Shown: piece by piece, positions 8,459 through 16,848 of the stretch
Layout of the letters: each line of letters opens with the position of its first letter
Position numbering within the stretch: the stretch's first letter is position 1
From: Minisyncoccota bacterium
Lineage (GTDB): Bacteria; Patescibacteriota; Minisyncoccia; Moranbacterales; UBA2206
Length of the DNA stretch: 64,000 nucleotides
Assembly: GCA_031291955.1 (NCBI GenBank)
Contig: JARLIA010000001.1
Location: 5,300-69,299, forward strand
Direction of reading: 5' to 3'
Program-made: the position numbers and the translations under genes
Notes under the pieces: model-generated
What the model was told of the DNA's origin: nothing
What the model saw: only the letters and a program-made list of their open reading frames with translations
Databases searched by the model: none

Positions 8459-10819
8459 ATGAAATATAGTTTCAATTGGCTGAAAGAATTATCCGGCACG
8501 AAAAATTCGCCTGAAAAAGTGGTGGAATTTTTGACGATGCGCGCGATGGAAGTGGAAGGGGTGGAAAAAATCGGCGGCATTCCGGATGGCGTGGTGGTCG
8601 GGAAAATTTTGGAAATCAAAAAACATCCGAACGCGGACAAATTGCAAATTACAAAAATTGACGTAGGGGCGAATAATTATTTGCCCATCGTTTGCGGCGC
8701 CTGGAACATTAATGTTGGCGACATGGTTCCGGTCGCCCTAGCCGGTACAAAACTGCCGAATAATATGGAAATCAAAGCGGCCGAAATCCGCGGCGAAAAA
8801 TCCCATGGCATGCTTTGCGCCGAAGATGAACTGGGACTCGGTAAAGATCACGGCGGAATATTAATTTTGTCCAAAAATGCTAAAGTGGGCGAGAAAGTTT
8901 CGAAATATCTGGGTAGTAGCGATACGGTCATTGAAATAAAAGTTCTGCCGGACCGGGCGCATGACGCGTTGAGCCATGTTGGCGTGGCCAGAGAAATTAC
9001 GGCATTGGAAAATAAAAAATTTGATTATGATTTTGACGGCTTGAAATTGCCGGGCAAAAAATCCAAGGTGTTATCTGTCAAAATTGAAGACAAAAAATTA
9101 TGTCCGCGCTATATCGGGGCGGTGATGACGGATGTCAAAATCCAATCGTCTCCACTCTGGATGCAAGAACGCTTGAAAGCCTGCGGGATAAAAGCGATCA
9201 ACAATGTCGTGGATGCGACCAATTATGTCATGCTGGAACTCGGCAGCCCATTGCATGCATTTGACGCGGATAAGTTGAAAGTGAAGAGTGAAAAGTTGAA
9301 TATCGTCGTGCGTCGGGCGAAAAATAAAGAAAAATTAACTTTATTGGATGATTCCCAAATTGAATTGAATAATTCAGATTTGTTGATAACCAATGGTGCG
9401 ACACCCTTGGCGCTGGCCGGGATCATGGGCGGGAAAGATTCTGGCATTTCGGATACGACCAAAACGATTGTCATCGAGGCGGCCAATTTCAACGCCGTCA
9501 ATATCCGCCGCACGCGAACGCGGTTGAACATAAAAACCGAATCGTCCGACCGCTTTGAAAAAGACCTCGATCCGAATCTGGCCGAAAAAGCCATGACGCG
9601 GATCATTGAAATCCTGGAACACACGGCCGACGCGAAGCTGGAGGGAATCGTGGATGTTTATCCGAACAAAATTAAACCTTGGAAAATAAATCTTGATTTG
9701 AATTATGTCAATAATCTCCTTGGCGAAAACGTGCCAACTAAAGAAATCAAAAAAATATTAGCCGCTCTGGGCATCAGTGCCACTATTCAACCATACAAGG
9801 CAGTATGCGTCATTTCGACTTTCAGAGTTGACATAAAAACGCCGGAAGAGCTGATTGAAGAAATCGGCCGGGTTTGGGGCTATGAAAAAATAAAACCGCA
9901 AGCGCTGATTGAACCAGTGGAACCGGCAAAAATTAACGAGCAAGTGTTTTTTGAACGCAAGGTTAAAAATATTCTCGTCGGTTTGGGTTTTGACGAGATG
10001 TATAATTATTCTTTCTACTCGCGCCGCGACACGGAAATTTGCGGTTTAAATGACGTAAAACATTACGAATTGGCCAATCCGATGAATCCGGAGCAGGAGC
10101 TGGTGCGGGCGAGTCTGGTGCCAAACATCTTGAAGGACGTTCGCCAGAATCTCAAATACTTTCAAAGTTTCGATATTTTTGAAATTGGCCGCGTGTATTA
10201 TCCAAACAACAACAAAGTTGAAGAAAAACGGATGTTGGTGATGACGACAGTGTTGGAAAAAGACAAATCGACTGAAACTTTCTTTCATCTCAAAGGCGCA
10301 TCGGAAGATTTGCTGGAACACTTAGGAATAAATGATGCTAATTTTAACTTAGACATTAAATGTCCAAGCGTGGCACACTCGGGGCGAACAGCCGGAATAC
10401 GAATCAATAATGAAAACATAGGAATTATTGCTGAAATCAATCCCACGGTTCTGGCGAAATATAAAATCAAAAACCGGGTGGCGATTTGCGAAATTGATCT
10501 CGAAAAACTGCTCGCGGAAACTCCTAAAACAAAAACCTACCAATCGATTGGCAAATTTCCGACGGTGACACGCGACATTTCCATGATTGTTCCAGAAGGC
10601 ATAGCTTACGCCCAAATCAAAAACCTGGTCCAAAAAACTGGCGGCGACTTGATTCATGACGTCCAACTTTTCGACTATTTCGAAGCCAAAAAAAGTTTGG
10701 CGATTAGAATTTCCCTGAGCGCCCAAGACCGGACGCTTGCGAGCGGGGAAGTGGATGAGGTGATGAGGAAAATTGTTTTAAAATTAGAAAAAGAATTAAG
10801 AGTGGAAGTAAGGAAGTAG
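8459..10819 (+). CDS. pheT: Phenylalanine--tRNA ligase beta subunit
   Basis: HPNADKL, IVCGA.N, INNVVDATNYVMLELG.PLHAFD, LIEEIGRVWGY. Confidence 0.99.
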   Translation: MKYSFNWLKELSGTKNSPEKVVEFLTMRAMEVEGVEKIGGIPDGVVVGKILEIKKHPNADKLQITKIDVGANNYLPIVCGAWNINVGDMVPVALAGTKLPNNMEIKAAEIRGEKSHGMLCAEDELGLGKDHGGILILSKNAKVGEKVSKYLGSSDTVIEIKVLPDRAHDALSHVGVAREITALENKKFDYDFDGLKLPGKKSKVLSVKIEDKKLCPRYIGAVMTDVKIQSSPLWMQERLKACGIKAINNVVDATNYVMLELGSPLHAFDADKLKVKSEKLNIVVRRAKNKEKLTLLDDSQIELNNSDLLITNGATPLALAGIMGGKDSGISDTTKTIVIEAANFNAVNIRRTRTRLNIKTESSDRFEKDLDPNLAEKAMTRIIEILEHTADAKLEGIVDVYPNKIKPWKINLDLNYVNNLLGENVPTKEIKKILAALGISATIQPYKAVCVISTFRVDIKTPEELIEEIGRVWGYEKIKPQALIEPVEPAKINEQVFFERKVKNILVGLGFDEMYNYSFYSRRDTEICGLNDVKHYELANPMNPEQELVRASLVPNILKDVRQNLKYFQSFDIFEIGRVYYPNNNKVEEKRMLVMTTVLEKDKSTETFFHLKGASEDLLEHLGINDANFNLDIKCPSVAHSGRTAGIRINNENIGIIAEINPTVLAKYKIKNRVAICEIDLEKLLAETPKTKTYQSIGKFPTVTRDISMIVPEGIAYAQIKNLVQKTGGDLIHDVQLFDYFEAKKSLAIRISLSAQDRTLASGEVDEVMRKIVLKLEKELRVEVRK
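8663..8689. repeat. Degenerate GTAG-type REP palindrome in frame within pheT
   Basis: GTAGGGGCGAATAATTATTTGCCCATC encodes VGANNYLPI just before VCGA. Confidence 0.55.
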
Positions 10820-10821
10820 TT

Positions 10822-11391
10822 ATGAATAAAAAGCCGCTTCTTATTTTAATTTCTGGAGTTCCTGCAACAGGAAAAACAACGTTTGCGAAAAAGATATCTT
10901 CCGCGCTAAAATTGCCGTCATTCTCAGCCGACGAAATAAAAGAACTTATTTCCGATAGAATTTCCGGCAGAGAAAATGTTGAGTTGTTTAATAGAGTGGC
11001 TAGCGCTAGTTATGACATCTTGTACTGTAACTTGAAAAATATTTTAGAAGTTGGCGGTTCATGCGTTGCGGAGGCGCTTTTTATAAAAGAATATTCGGAA
11101 TCCAAAATTAAAGGCTTGCAGGATAAGTTTAGCTGCCGCGTCATTCAGATATATTTGAAAGGCGATGAAAAAATAATTTCGGAAAGATATGACAATCGGC
11201 ATCTAAGCGGAGAGCGTCATGGCAGCCACGTCCCGACGCTGGCGCTTTTATTGAAAAAATATGGCGGATATGATAGTTTAGTTGAAAAATCAAGATTGCA
11301 GGTTGGTGAAACGATAGAAATTGACACAACAGATTTTTCAAAAGTTGATTTTAGCGGGGTGTTTACTAGAATAGAAAATCTATTAAAATAA
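10822..11391 (+). CDS. P-loop kinase (AAA_33 / NMP-kinase-like)
   Basis: ISGVPATGKTT Walker A, SADEIKE, R...R lid. Confidence 0.8.
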   Translation: MNKKPLLILISGVPATGKTTFAKKISSALKLPSFSADEIKELISDRISGRENVELFNRVASASYDILYCNLKNILEVGGSCVAEALFIKEYSESKIKGLQDKFSCRVIQIYLKGDEKIISERYDNRHLSGERHGSHVPTLALLLKKYGGYDSLVEKSRLQVGETIEIDTTDFSKVDFSGVFTRIENLLK

Positions 11392-11393
11392 TC

Positions 11394-11453
11394 ATGAAAG
11401 AAATTCCAAAAACATACGAACCAGGGGAATGTAAAAATAAAATTCGGGGGTAA
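11394..11453 (+). pseudogene. Relic 5' end of valS (MKEIPKTYEPGECKNKIRG*)
   Basis: Aligns with the functional ValS N-terminus MKQEIPRTYEPGKYEDDI at 13190. Confidence 0.75.
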
Positions 11454-11461
11454 AATTAGTC

Positions 11462-11470
11462 TGTGGATAA
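11462..11470 (-). promoter_or_regulatory. Perfect DnaA box (TTATCCACA)
   Basis: TGTGGATAA on the + strand. Confidence 0.55.
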
Positions 11471-11486
11471 CTTAATATGACTTCGG

Positions 11487-11514
11487 TTTACTTTTTTTTG
11501 GGGGGGGGTATAAT
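11487..11514 (+). promoter_or_regulatory. sigma70 promoter with homopolymeric T/G spacer
   Basis: TTTACT-(T7 G9; 16 nt)-TATAAT upstream of ATG 11546. Confidence 0.65.
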
Positions 11515-11545
11515 CGAAGTAGGTAAGAAAATAAACAAAAAAATC

Positions 11546-13057
11546 ATGGCAAAAAAATTTAAAAAGGCTGGCATTATAATTTCAGGAATTTTGTTTCTGT
11601 TTTTTTATTGCGGGCAAAGCGCTCTGAAAGTGAACGCGGACGATTCTTGGTCAAATGTAGGATCGGCCGGGTTTAGCAGTGATAAGGCTGATAACACACA
11701 AATGTTGTTTAATCCTTCTACCCACGAACCGTATGTTTGTTATGTTAACATTGATGCCGATGAGAATGCATCAGTAGTTGTACAAAAGTACAATGGATCA
11801 TCCTGGCAAGAGATTGGTAGTGCTATACCCATCAGCATAAACCATGATTTTTCCTGCGCTTTTAATCCGGTAACAAATGCGCCGTATGTGGCCTTCACTT
11901 CCCAAGGAACTAGTGTGCAAGTTTTTACAGTCGAAAGGTTTAGTGGTGGGTCGTGGGAACAAGTTGGTAGCACGAACCCAATCCAAATAAGCGAGGCGAG
12001 CGGAATATCACTAGCTTTTAATCCGTCTACCGGCGATCCATACGTTGCTTATGAAACTGTTATTGATGAAAATTATGTGTTAACAGTTTCAAAGTTTGAC
12101 GGAAGCGGCTGGGTGAGTGTGGGTGATCCGATAGAAGATATTGCCAGTGGTGACGCTGTCGCTAAATTAGTTTTTAATCCATCCACGGACAAACCATATG
12201 TTGCATATGTTTTATTTCCTGATTCGGATATTGACCAATTAATTGTAAAAGAATTTAACGGAACAGTTTGGCAAAATGTTGGCAACCCCGGATTAAACAG
12301 TGGGACTGTCGGGTTTGTGTCTGCAGCATTTGATTCCTCATCTGAGATGTACGTAGCCTATTCTGATTATGACTCTTCGCCAGGTGATTTGGTGGTTAAA
12401 AAATTTAACGGAACATCTTGGGCAAACGTTGGGACAGCCGGGGCTATCAGTAGCGGAAATGTTGAAAATGGGTCCATAGTTTTTAATCCCTCGGATGGTA
12501 ATCCTTATGTGGCGTTTAGTGACGATACCAACCAGAAAAAAATGACTGTCGTGAAGTTTGACGGATCAAACTGGAGCGCTGTTGGCTCGGCTGGATTCAG
12601 TGCTGGACAAGCAGATGGAACGTCTCTTGCTTTTAACCCTTCGAATAATGAACCATATGTAGTTTACTCGGATTACGCCAATAATTTAAAAGCTACTGTT
12701 ATGGGATATGACTCAACTTCTTCATCATCTTCATCTTCGCATAATTCCAGCAGTCACCACAAAAAGAAAACACCGCCACCACCGAAAAGAAAAACATACG
12801 ACTCTGCTTCAAAAATTGCCCGGGGACAAATACTGACCCAGTCTGGCAAAAGGTTTACCAAAAACTCCGACGTAGCCCTTTATTTCACCCGCCCAGACGG
12901 CACCTATTATCCGCCGATGACTGTCCATACGACTTCTTCCGGCAGCTTTTCTGTTTCGTATCATGTTACCAAGCCCGCCGGCACATATCATTGGTATGTG
13001 GTTGACTTGAAAAATCTGAATAAAAAAAGTAAAACCCTTTCCTATTCTGTCCACTAG
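11546..13057 (+). CDS. Secreted 7-repeat beta-propeller surface protein with Ser-rich linker and C-terminal Ig-like domain
   Basis: Signal peptide; seven ~50-aa repeats W..VG....FNPST..PYV.Y....V.KF.G; SSSSSSS linker. Confidence 0.8.
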   Translation: MAKKFKKAGIIISGILFLFFYCGQSALKVNADDSWSNVGSAGFSSDKADNTQMLFNPSTHEPYVCYVNIDADENASVVVQKYNGSSWQEIGSAIPISINHDFSCAFNPVTNAPYVAFTSQGTSVQVFTVERFSGGSWEQVGSTNPIQISEASGISLAFNPSTGDPYVAYETVIDENYVLTVSKFDGSGWVSVGDPIEDIASGDAVAKLVFNPSTDKPYVAYVLFPDSDIDQLIVKEFNGTVWQNVGNPGLNSGTVGFVSAAFDSSSEMYVAYSDYDSSPGDLVVKKFNGTSWANVGTAGAISSGNVENGSIVFNPSDGNPYVAFSDDTNQKKMTVVKFDGSNWSAVGSAGFSAGQADGTSLAFNPSNNEPYVVYSDYANNLKATVMGYDSTSSSSSSSHNSSSHHKKKTPPPPKRKTYDSASKIARGQILTQSGKRFTKNSDVALYFTRPDGTYYPPMTVHTTSSGSFSVSYHVTKPAGTYHWYVVDLKNLNKKSKTLSYSVH

Positions 13058-13084
13058 CAGATGCGTGCGAGTTTGATTTTTAGC

Positions 13085-13116
13085 AGGGTGTTCTTTATAA
13101 GGAGCGCCCTTTCTTT
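13085..13116 (+). terminator. Intrinsic terminator
   Basis: AGGGTGTTCTT / GGAGCGCCCT hairpin followed by TTCTTT. Confidence 0.6.
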
Positions 13117-13183
13117 AATTATTTTTTATCTCCTTACATCCTCGCGTTTGACTTTCGCTTGTATTTCGGCTTAAATTAAGAAT

Positions 13184-15802
13184 ATGACTATGAAACAAGA
13201 AATCCCAAGAACCTACGAGCCGGGGAAATATGAGGACGACATTTATGCCCTCTGGGAAAAGTCCGGGTTTTTCAATCCGGATAATTTGAAATTGCCGAAA
13301 AACGCGAAAGCATACACCATTGTTCTGCCACCGCCCAACATCACTGACAAATTGCACTTGGGCCATGGTTCGATCATTGCCATTGAAGATCTGCTAATCC
13401 GTTTCCATCGCATGAAAGGATACAGGGCGCTCTATTTACCCGGAACCGATCACGCCGCGATTGCTACTCAGAACGTGGTGGAGAAAAAACTTCTGAAAGA
13501 AAAAGGACTGACCCGGCAAGAGCTCGGCAAGGAAAAATTCTTGGAAGAAGTTTGGAATTTTTTGCGCGTCACTCAAGCGACCATTCTCCAGCAAGCCAGG
13601 AAGATGGGCGGCTCGTTCGACTGGTCGCGCGAAGCTTTCACGCTGGATGACCAAAGGAAAAAAGCGGTCCGGAAAATGTTTGTCGATATGTACGATGCTG
13701 GAGTGATTTATCGCGGAGAAAGAATTGTCAATTGGTGTCCGCGCTGTAAGTCCACTTTGGCTGATGACGAATTGGAATATCAAGGACAAAAAACAAAATT
13801 ATATACGTTTAAATATGACAAAGACTTTCCGGTTTCGATCGCCACGACGCGTCCCGAAACAAAACTGGGCGACACGGCTGTGGCAGTCAATCCGAAAGAC
13901 GCAAGATACAAAAAACTTATTGGCCGGACTTTTTCCGCGGATTTTTTGGGCGTACCCTTGAAAATAAAGATTATCGCGGACCGCTCAGTCGAAAAAGATT
14001 TTGGGACTGGCGCACTTGGTGTCACGCCGGCCCATTCAATGGCGGATTGGAAGATGGCGGAAGACAATGGTTTGGAAGCAATCAAGGTTATCGATGAAAA
14101 CGGGAAAATTAAAAACAATTTCGGAAAATTTTCCGGTCTCGCTGTCGTGGAGGCAAGGGAAATGATTGTGGCCGAGCTGAAAAAGCACGCTCTCCTGGAA
14201 AAGGAAGAAGAGATAGAAAATAACTTGTCCGTTTGTTACCGTTGCGGCACGGCCGTGGAGCCGCTTCCGAGCAAGCAGTGGTTTGTGGCGGTGGATAAAA
14301 AATTGAAACGCTTGGGAAACAAGTCTTTGAAAGAAAAGGCGCTGGAAGCTGCCAAGAAAAAGAAAATAAAATTTATCCCATTTCGTTTTACCAAAAGATA
14401 TCTGGATTGGATGACCAATCTTCATGACTGGTGCATCTCTCGCCAGATCTGGTTCGGACACGAAATTCCCGTTTATTATAAAGGAGAAGAAATTTATGTG
14501 GGAGAAAAACCGCCGAAAGGTCCGGGTTGGGCGCAAGACCCGGATACATTGGACACCTGGTTTTCTTCCGGGATGTGGACCTTTTCAACTTTGGGCTGGC
14601 CCACCTCCGTCAAGACTTCGGCGGGCAAGCCGGATAAAATAATTAAAACCGGAGATTTGGCGAAGTTCCACCCGACCCAAGTGCTGGAAACAGGCTATGA
14701 AATCATCACGCTTTGGGTGTCGCGCATGGTTATGATGTCGCTTTTTGCGGTAGGTGAAATTCCTTTTGAGAATGTTTATTTGCACGGAATGGTTCTTGAT
14801 AGTTTCGGGAAAAAAATGTCTAAGTCAAAGGGAAACGGAATTAATCCGATCGATATGATAGACAAATTCGGCACTGACGCGGTACGACTGTCGCTTCTCA
14901 TCGGATCGACTCCCGGGAATGACATGCGGCTGTCGGAAGAAAAAATTGCTTCGTTTCGCAATTTCGTCACCAAACTTTGGAACATCTATCGCTACATGGC
15001 GACCACTTATCCGGATTTTAAATTGGTTGATAAGCTGGATAAAAAACATATCAAAACCGCGGCCGACCGTTGGATCGTTTCGCGCCTCCAGGAAACCGTC
15101 GCGGGAATGACAAAAGATCTGGATGATTACAAATTCTCAATGGCCGGCGAAAAACTCCAGCGCTTCACTTGGGACGATCTGGCCGATTGGTATCTGGAAA
15201 TTTCCAAGGTGGAAAAAAATAAGTACGTACTTGGGTACGTACTGACGTATGTACTGAAACTTTCCCATCCTTTCATGCCGTTCGTGACCGAAAAAATATT
15301 CCAAGATATATCTTTTGGCAAGAAAGTTTTGATGGTGGAGAAATGGCCGGCGGCCGACAAGAAGCTGATTGACAAAAAAGCGGAGAAGGAATTCAAGAAT
15401 CTGCAAGAAATAGTAACCCAAATCAGGAATCTTCGGGCTAGTTACAATATCGAGCCCAATAAAGTTATAACGGCTTATGCAAAAAACGAGAAGCATAAAG
15501 AAGCTGTCGAAAAACTAGCGAGGGTAAATATATTTGTTGCAAAGTCAACTGGCAAAGTAGTCGTATTGCCTGATTTCGAATTAGACATCGCTGATGTTAT
15601 TGATGTTGAGAAAGAAAAAGAAAAGATTAAAAAAAATATTACTCTTCTGGAAAATACTATAAGAAGATCGAGAGAGTTGATAAGTAACAAGCAATTTATG
15701 GATAAGTCCCCCAAAGAAGTGAGCAACAGGGCACTTGCTTCAATCGCTTATAATGAAAAAGAACTGAAAGAGCAAAAAGAATTATTGAGAAATTTGAACT
15801 AA
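13184..15802 (+). CDS. valS: Valine--tRNA ligase
   Basis: PPPNIT..LHLGH, GTDHAAIATQ, DWCISRQIWFGH, KMSKSKGN. Confidence 0.99.
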   Translation: MTMKQEIPRTYEPGKYEDDIYALWEKSGFFNPDNLKLPKNAKAYTIVLPPPNITDKLHLGHGSIIAIEDLLIRFHRMKGYRALYLPGTDHAAIATQNVVEKKLLKEKGLTRQELGKEKFLEEVWNFLRVTQATILQQARKMGGSFDWSREAFTLDDQRKKAVRKMFVDMYDAGVIYRGERIVNWCPRCKSTLADDELEYQGQKTKLYTFKYDKDFPVSIATTRPETKLGDTAVAVNPKDARYKKLIGRTFSADFLGVPLKIKIIADRSVEKDFGTGALGVTPAHSMADWKMAEDNGLEAIKVIDENGKIKNNFGKFSGLAVVEAREMIVAELKKHALLEKEEEIENNLSVCYRCGTAVEPLPSKQWFVAVDKKLKRLGNKSLKEKALEAAKKKKIKFIPFRFTKRYLDWMTNLHDWCISRQIWFGHEIPVYYKGEEIYVGEKPPKGPGWAQDPDTLDTWFSSGMWTFSTLGWPTSVKTSAGKPDKIIKTGDLAKFHPTQVLETGYEIITLWVSRMVMMSLFAVGEIPFENVYLHGMVLDSFGKKMSKSKGNGINPIDMIDKFGTDAVRLSLLIGSTPGNDMRLSEEKIASFRNFVTKLWNIYRYMATTYPDFKLVDKLDKKHIKTAADRWIVSRLQETVAGMTKDLDDYKFSMAGEKLQRFTWDDLADWYLEISKVEKNKYVLGYVLTYVLKLSHPFMPFVTEKIFQDISFGKKVLMVEKWPAADKKLIDKKAEKEFKNLQEIVTQIRNLRASYNIEPNKVITAYAKNEKHKEAVEKLARVNIFVAKSTGKVVVLPDFELDIADVIDVEKEKEKIKKNITLLENTIRRSRELISNKQFMDKSPKEVSNRALASIAYNEKELKEQKELLRNLN
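14599..14629 (+). repeat. Short hairpin repeat translated in frame within valS (PTSVKTSAGK)
   Basis: GCCCACC-TCC-GTCAAGAC-TTC-GGCGGGC-AAG after the conserved LGWP. Confidence 0.55.
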
Positions 15803-15875
15803 TATTTTCAATGCAATGTTACAGTACTCTAATTAATAGCAACTTAACAATTTGCGAGCGAAGGGAGGAAGGATT

Positions 15876-16187
15876 ATGGAAAACAAAGAATCAAGGGGCG
15901 TTGTTGTTGTAATCTGTTTATTCTTTTTCTTACTCTGGACACTTGCCGTCGTCAGCTGTGTTGGAATTTCTATTGGTTCGCTCGAAACTTGGCGAGCCGC
16001 CATCAAGCAATACCCGGCATTTGTCAGCAGTTTTGTTTTCTTGCCAATTGCAATTCTTCTATATGCAGTACTCATTGTATTGGAAGGATGGTTGGTAAAA
16101 AGAGTTGTGGAATATTGCAACAATGCCGGATTAAAATGGCAGGGCGAGGAGGTGGCTGAAATAGCCGCGCGACCCGCGTCTCTATAA
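15876..16187 (+). CDS. Small hypothetical membrane protein (2 TM)
   Basis: ATG preceded by GGGAGGAAGG; two hydrophobic segments. Confidence 0.6.
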   Translation: MENKESRGVVVVICLFFFLLWTLAVVSCVGISIGSLETWRAAIKQYPAFVSSFVFLPIAILLYAVLIVLEGWLVKRVVEYCNNAGLKWQGEEVAEIAARPASL

Positions 16188-16219
16188 TAAAGGTATACAA
16201 AATGAATCAGATGGCTTAC

Positions 16220-16260
16220 GGGGTGGTTCGGTACGAGGTATCAAACCACCCTTATTTTTT
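16220..16260 (+). terminator. Intrinsic terminator
   Basis: GGGTGGTT...AACCACCC stem followed by TTATTTTTT. Confidence 0.7.
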
Positions 16261-16304
16261 GCACCAGATTAATATTGCTAAATCGTAATAATTAATGCAA
16301 TCGG

Positions 16305-16333
16305 TTTACAAAGCGAACAAAATATGCTAATAT
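16305..16333 (+). promoter_or_regulatory. Probable rnpB promoter
   Basis: TTTACA-17-TAATAT with TG extension. Confidence 0.5.
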
Positions 16334-16401
16334 TATGAGTGGAAGTGGACATTTAAAATTGGCTTGAATAAAGGAATTTATTCGCCGATGAGGCGGAATC
16401 C

Positions 16402-16763
16402 TAGGTATTTATCAAGGTGGATCGAACGATCGATCTTCGTTTTTGCGAAGGTAGGAAAGTCCGGACTCCATCCGCCATTCCGGCGGAAAACAGGTAGCGG
16501 GTAACGCCCGTCTGGAGCAATCCACGAGGTGCGAGCAGAGACGCCAAGATTAGAAATAATCTCGGCATCCTAAGCGATTAGGATGAGTTCTTATGGCAAC
16601 ATAAGAGGTGAAACGGCTAAATCCTTACTCGGGAGCAAGGTCGTGTTCTGTGTTTTTAGCTAAACACGGAAAGTGCCGCTCGAGGCCGCCAGCAATGACG
16701 GTCCCAGATAAATGATCGTTCTCGACAGAATCCGGCTTACAGATCCGCCTTGATAAATACCTA
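16402..16763 (+). ncRNA. rnpB: RNase P RNA
   Basis: AGGAAAGTCCGGAC, GGTAACGCC, GGTGAAACGG, GAGCAAG, AGATAAATGATC, ACAGAATCCGGCTTAC; termini pair as P1. Confidence 0.95.
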
Positions 16764-16848
16764 TAACTCGCGAAAACCGAGCTAATGTAAGCGAATGGTT
16801 GCGAATATTCGTTTTTCATTAGCTGGAATTCGCTCTGCTTTAGCGATT

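Noticed and set aside
15400-15802. AT-richer 3' end of valS as a recombined segment
   Set aside because: The impression was not quantified, and the C-terminal coiled coil is naturally Lys/Glu-rich and variable.
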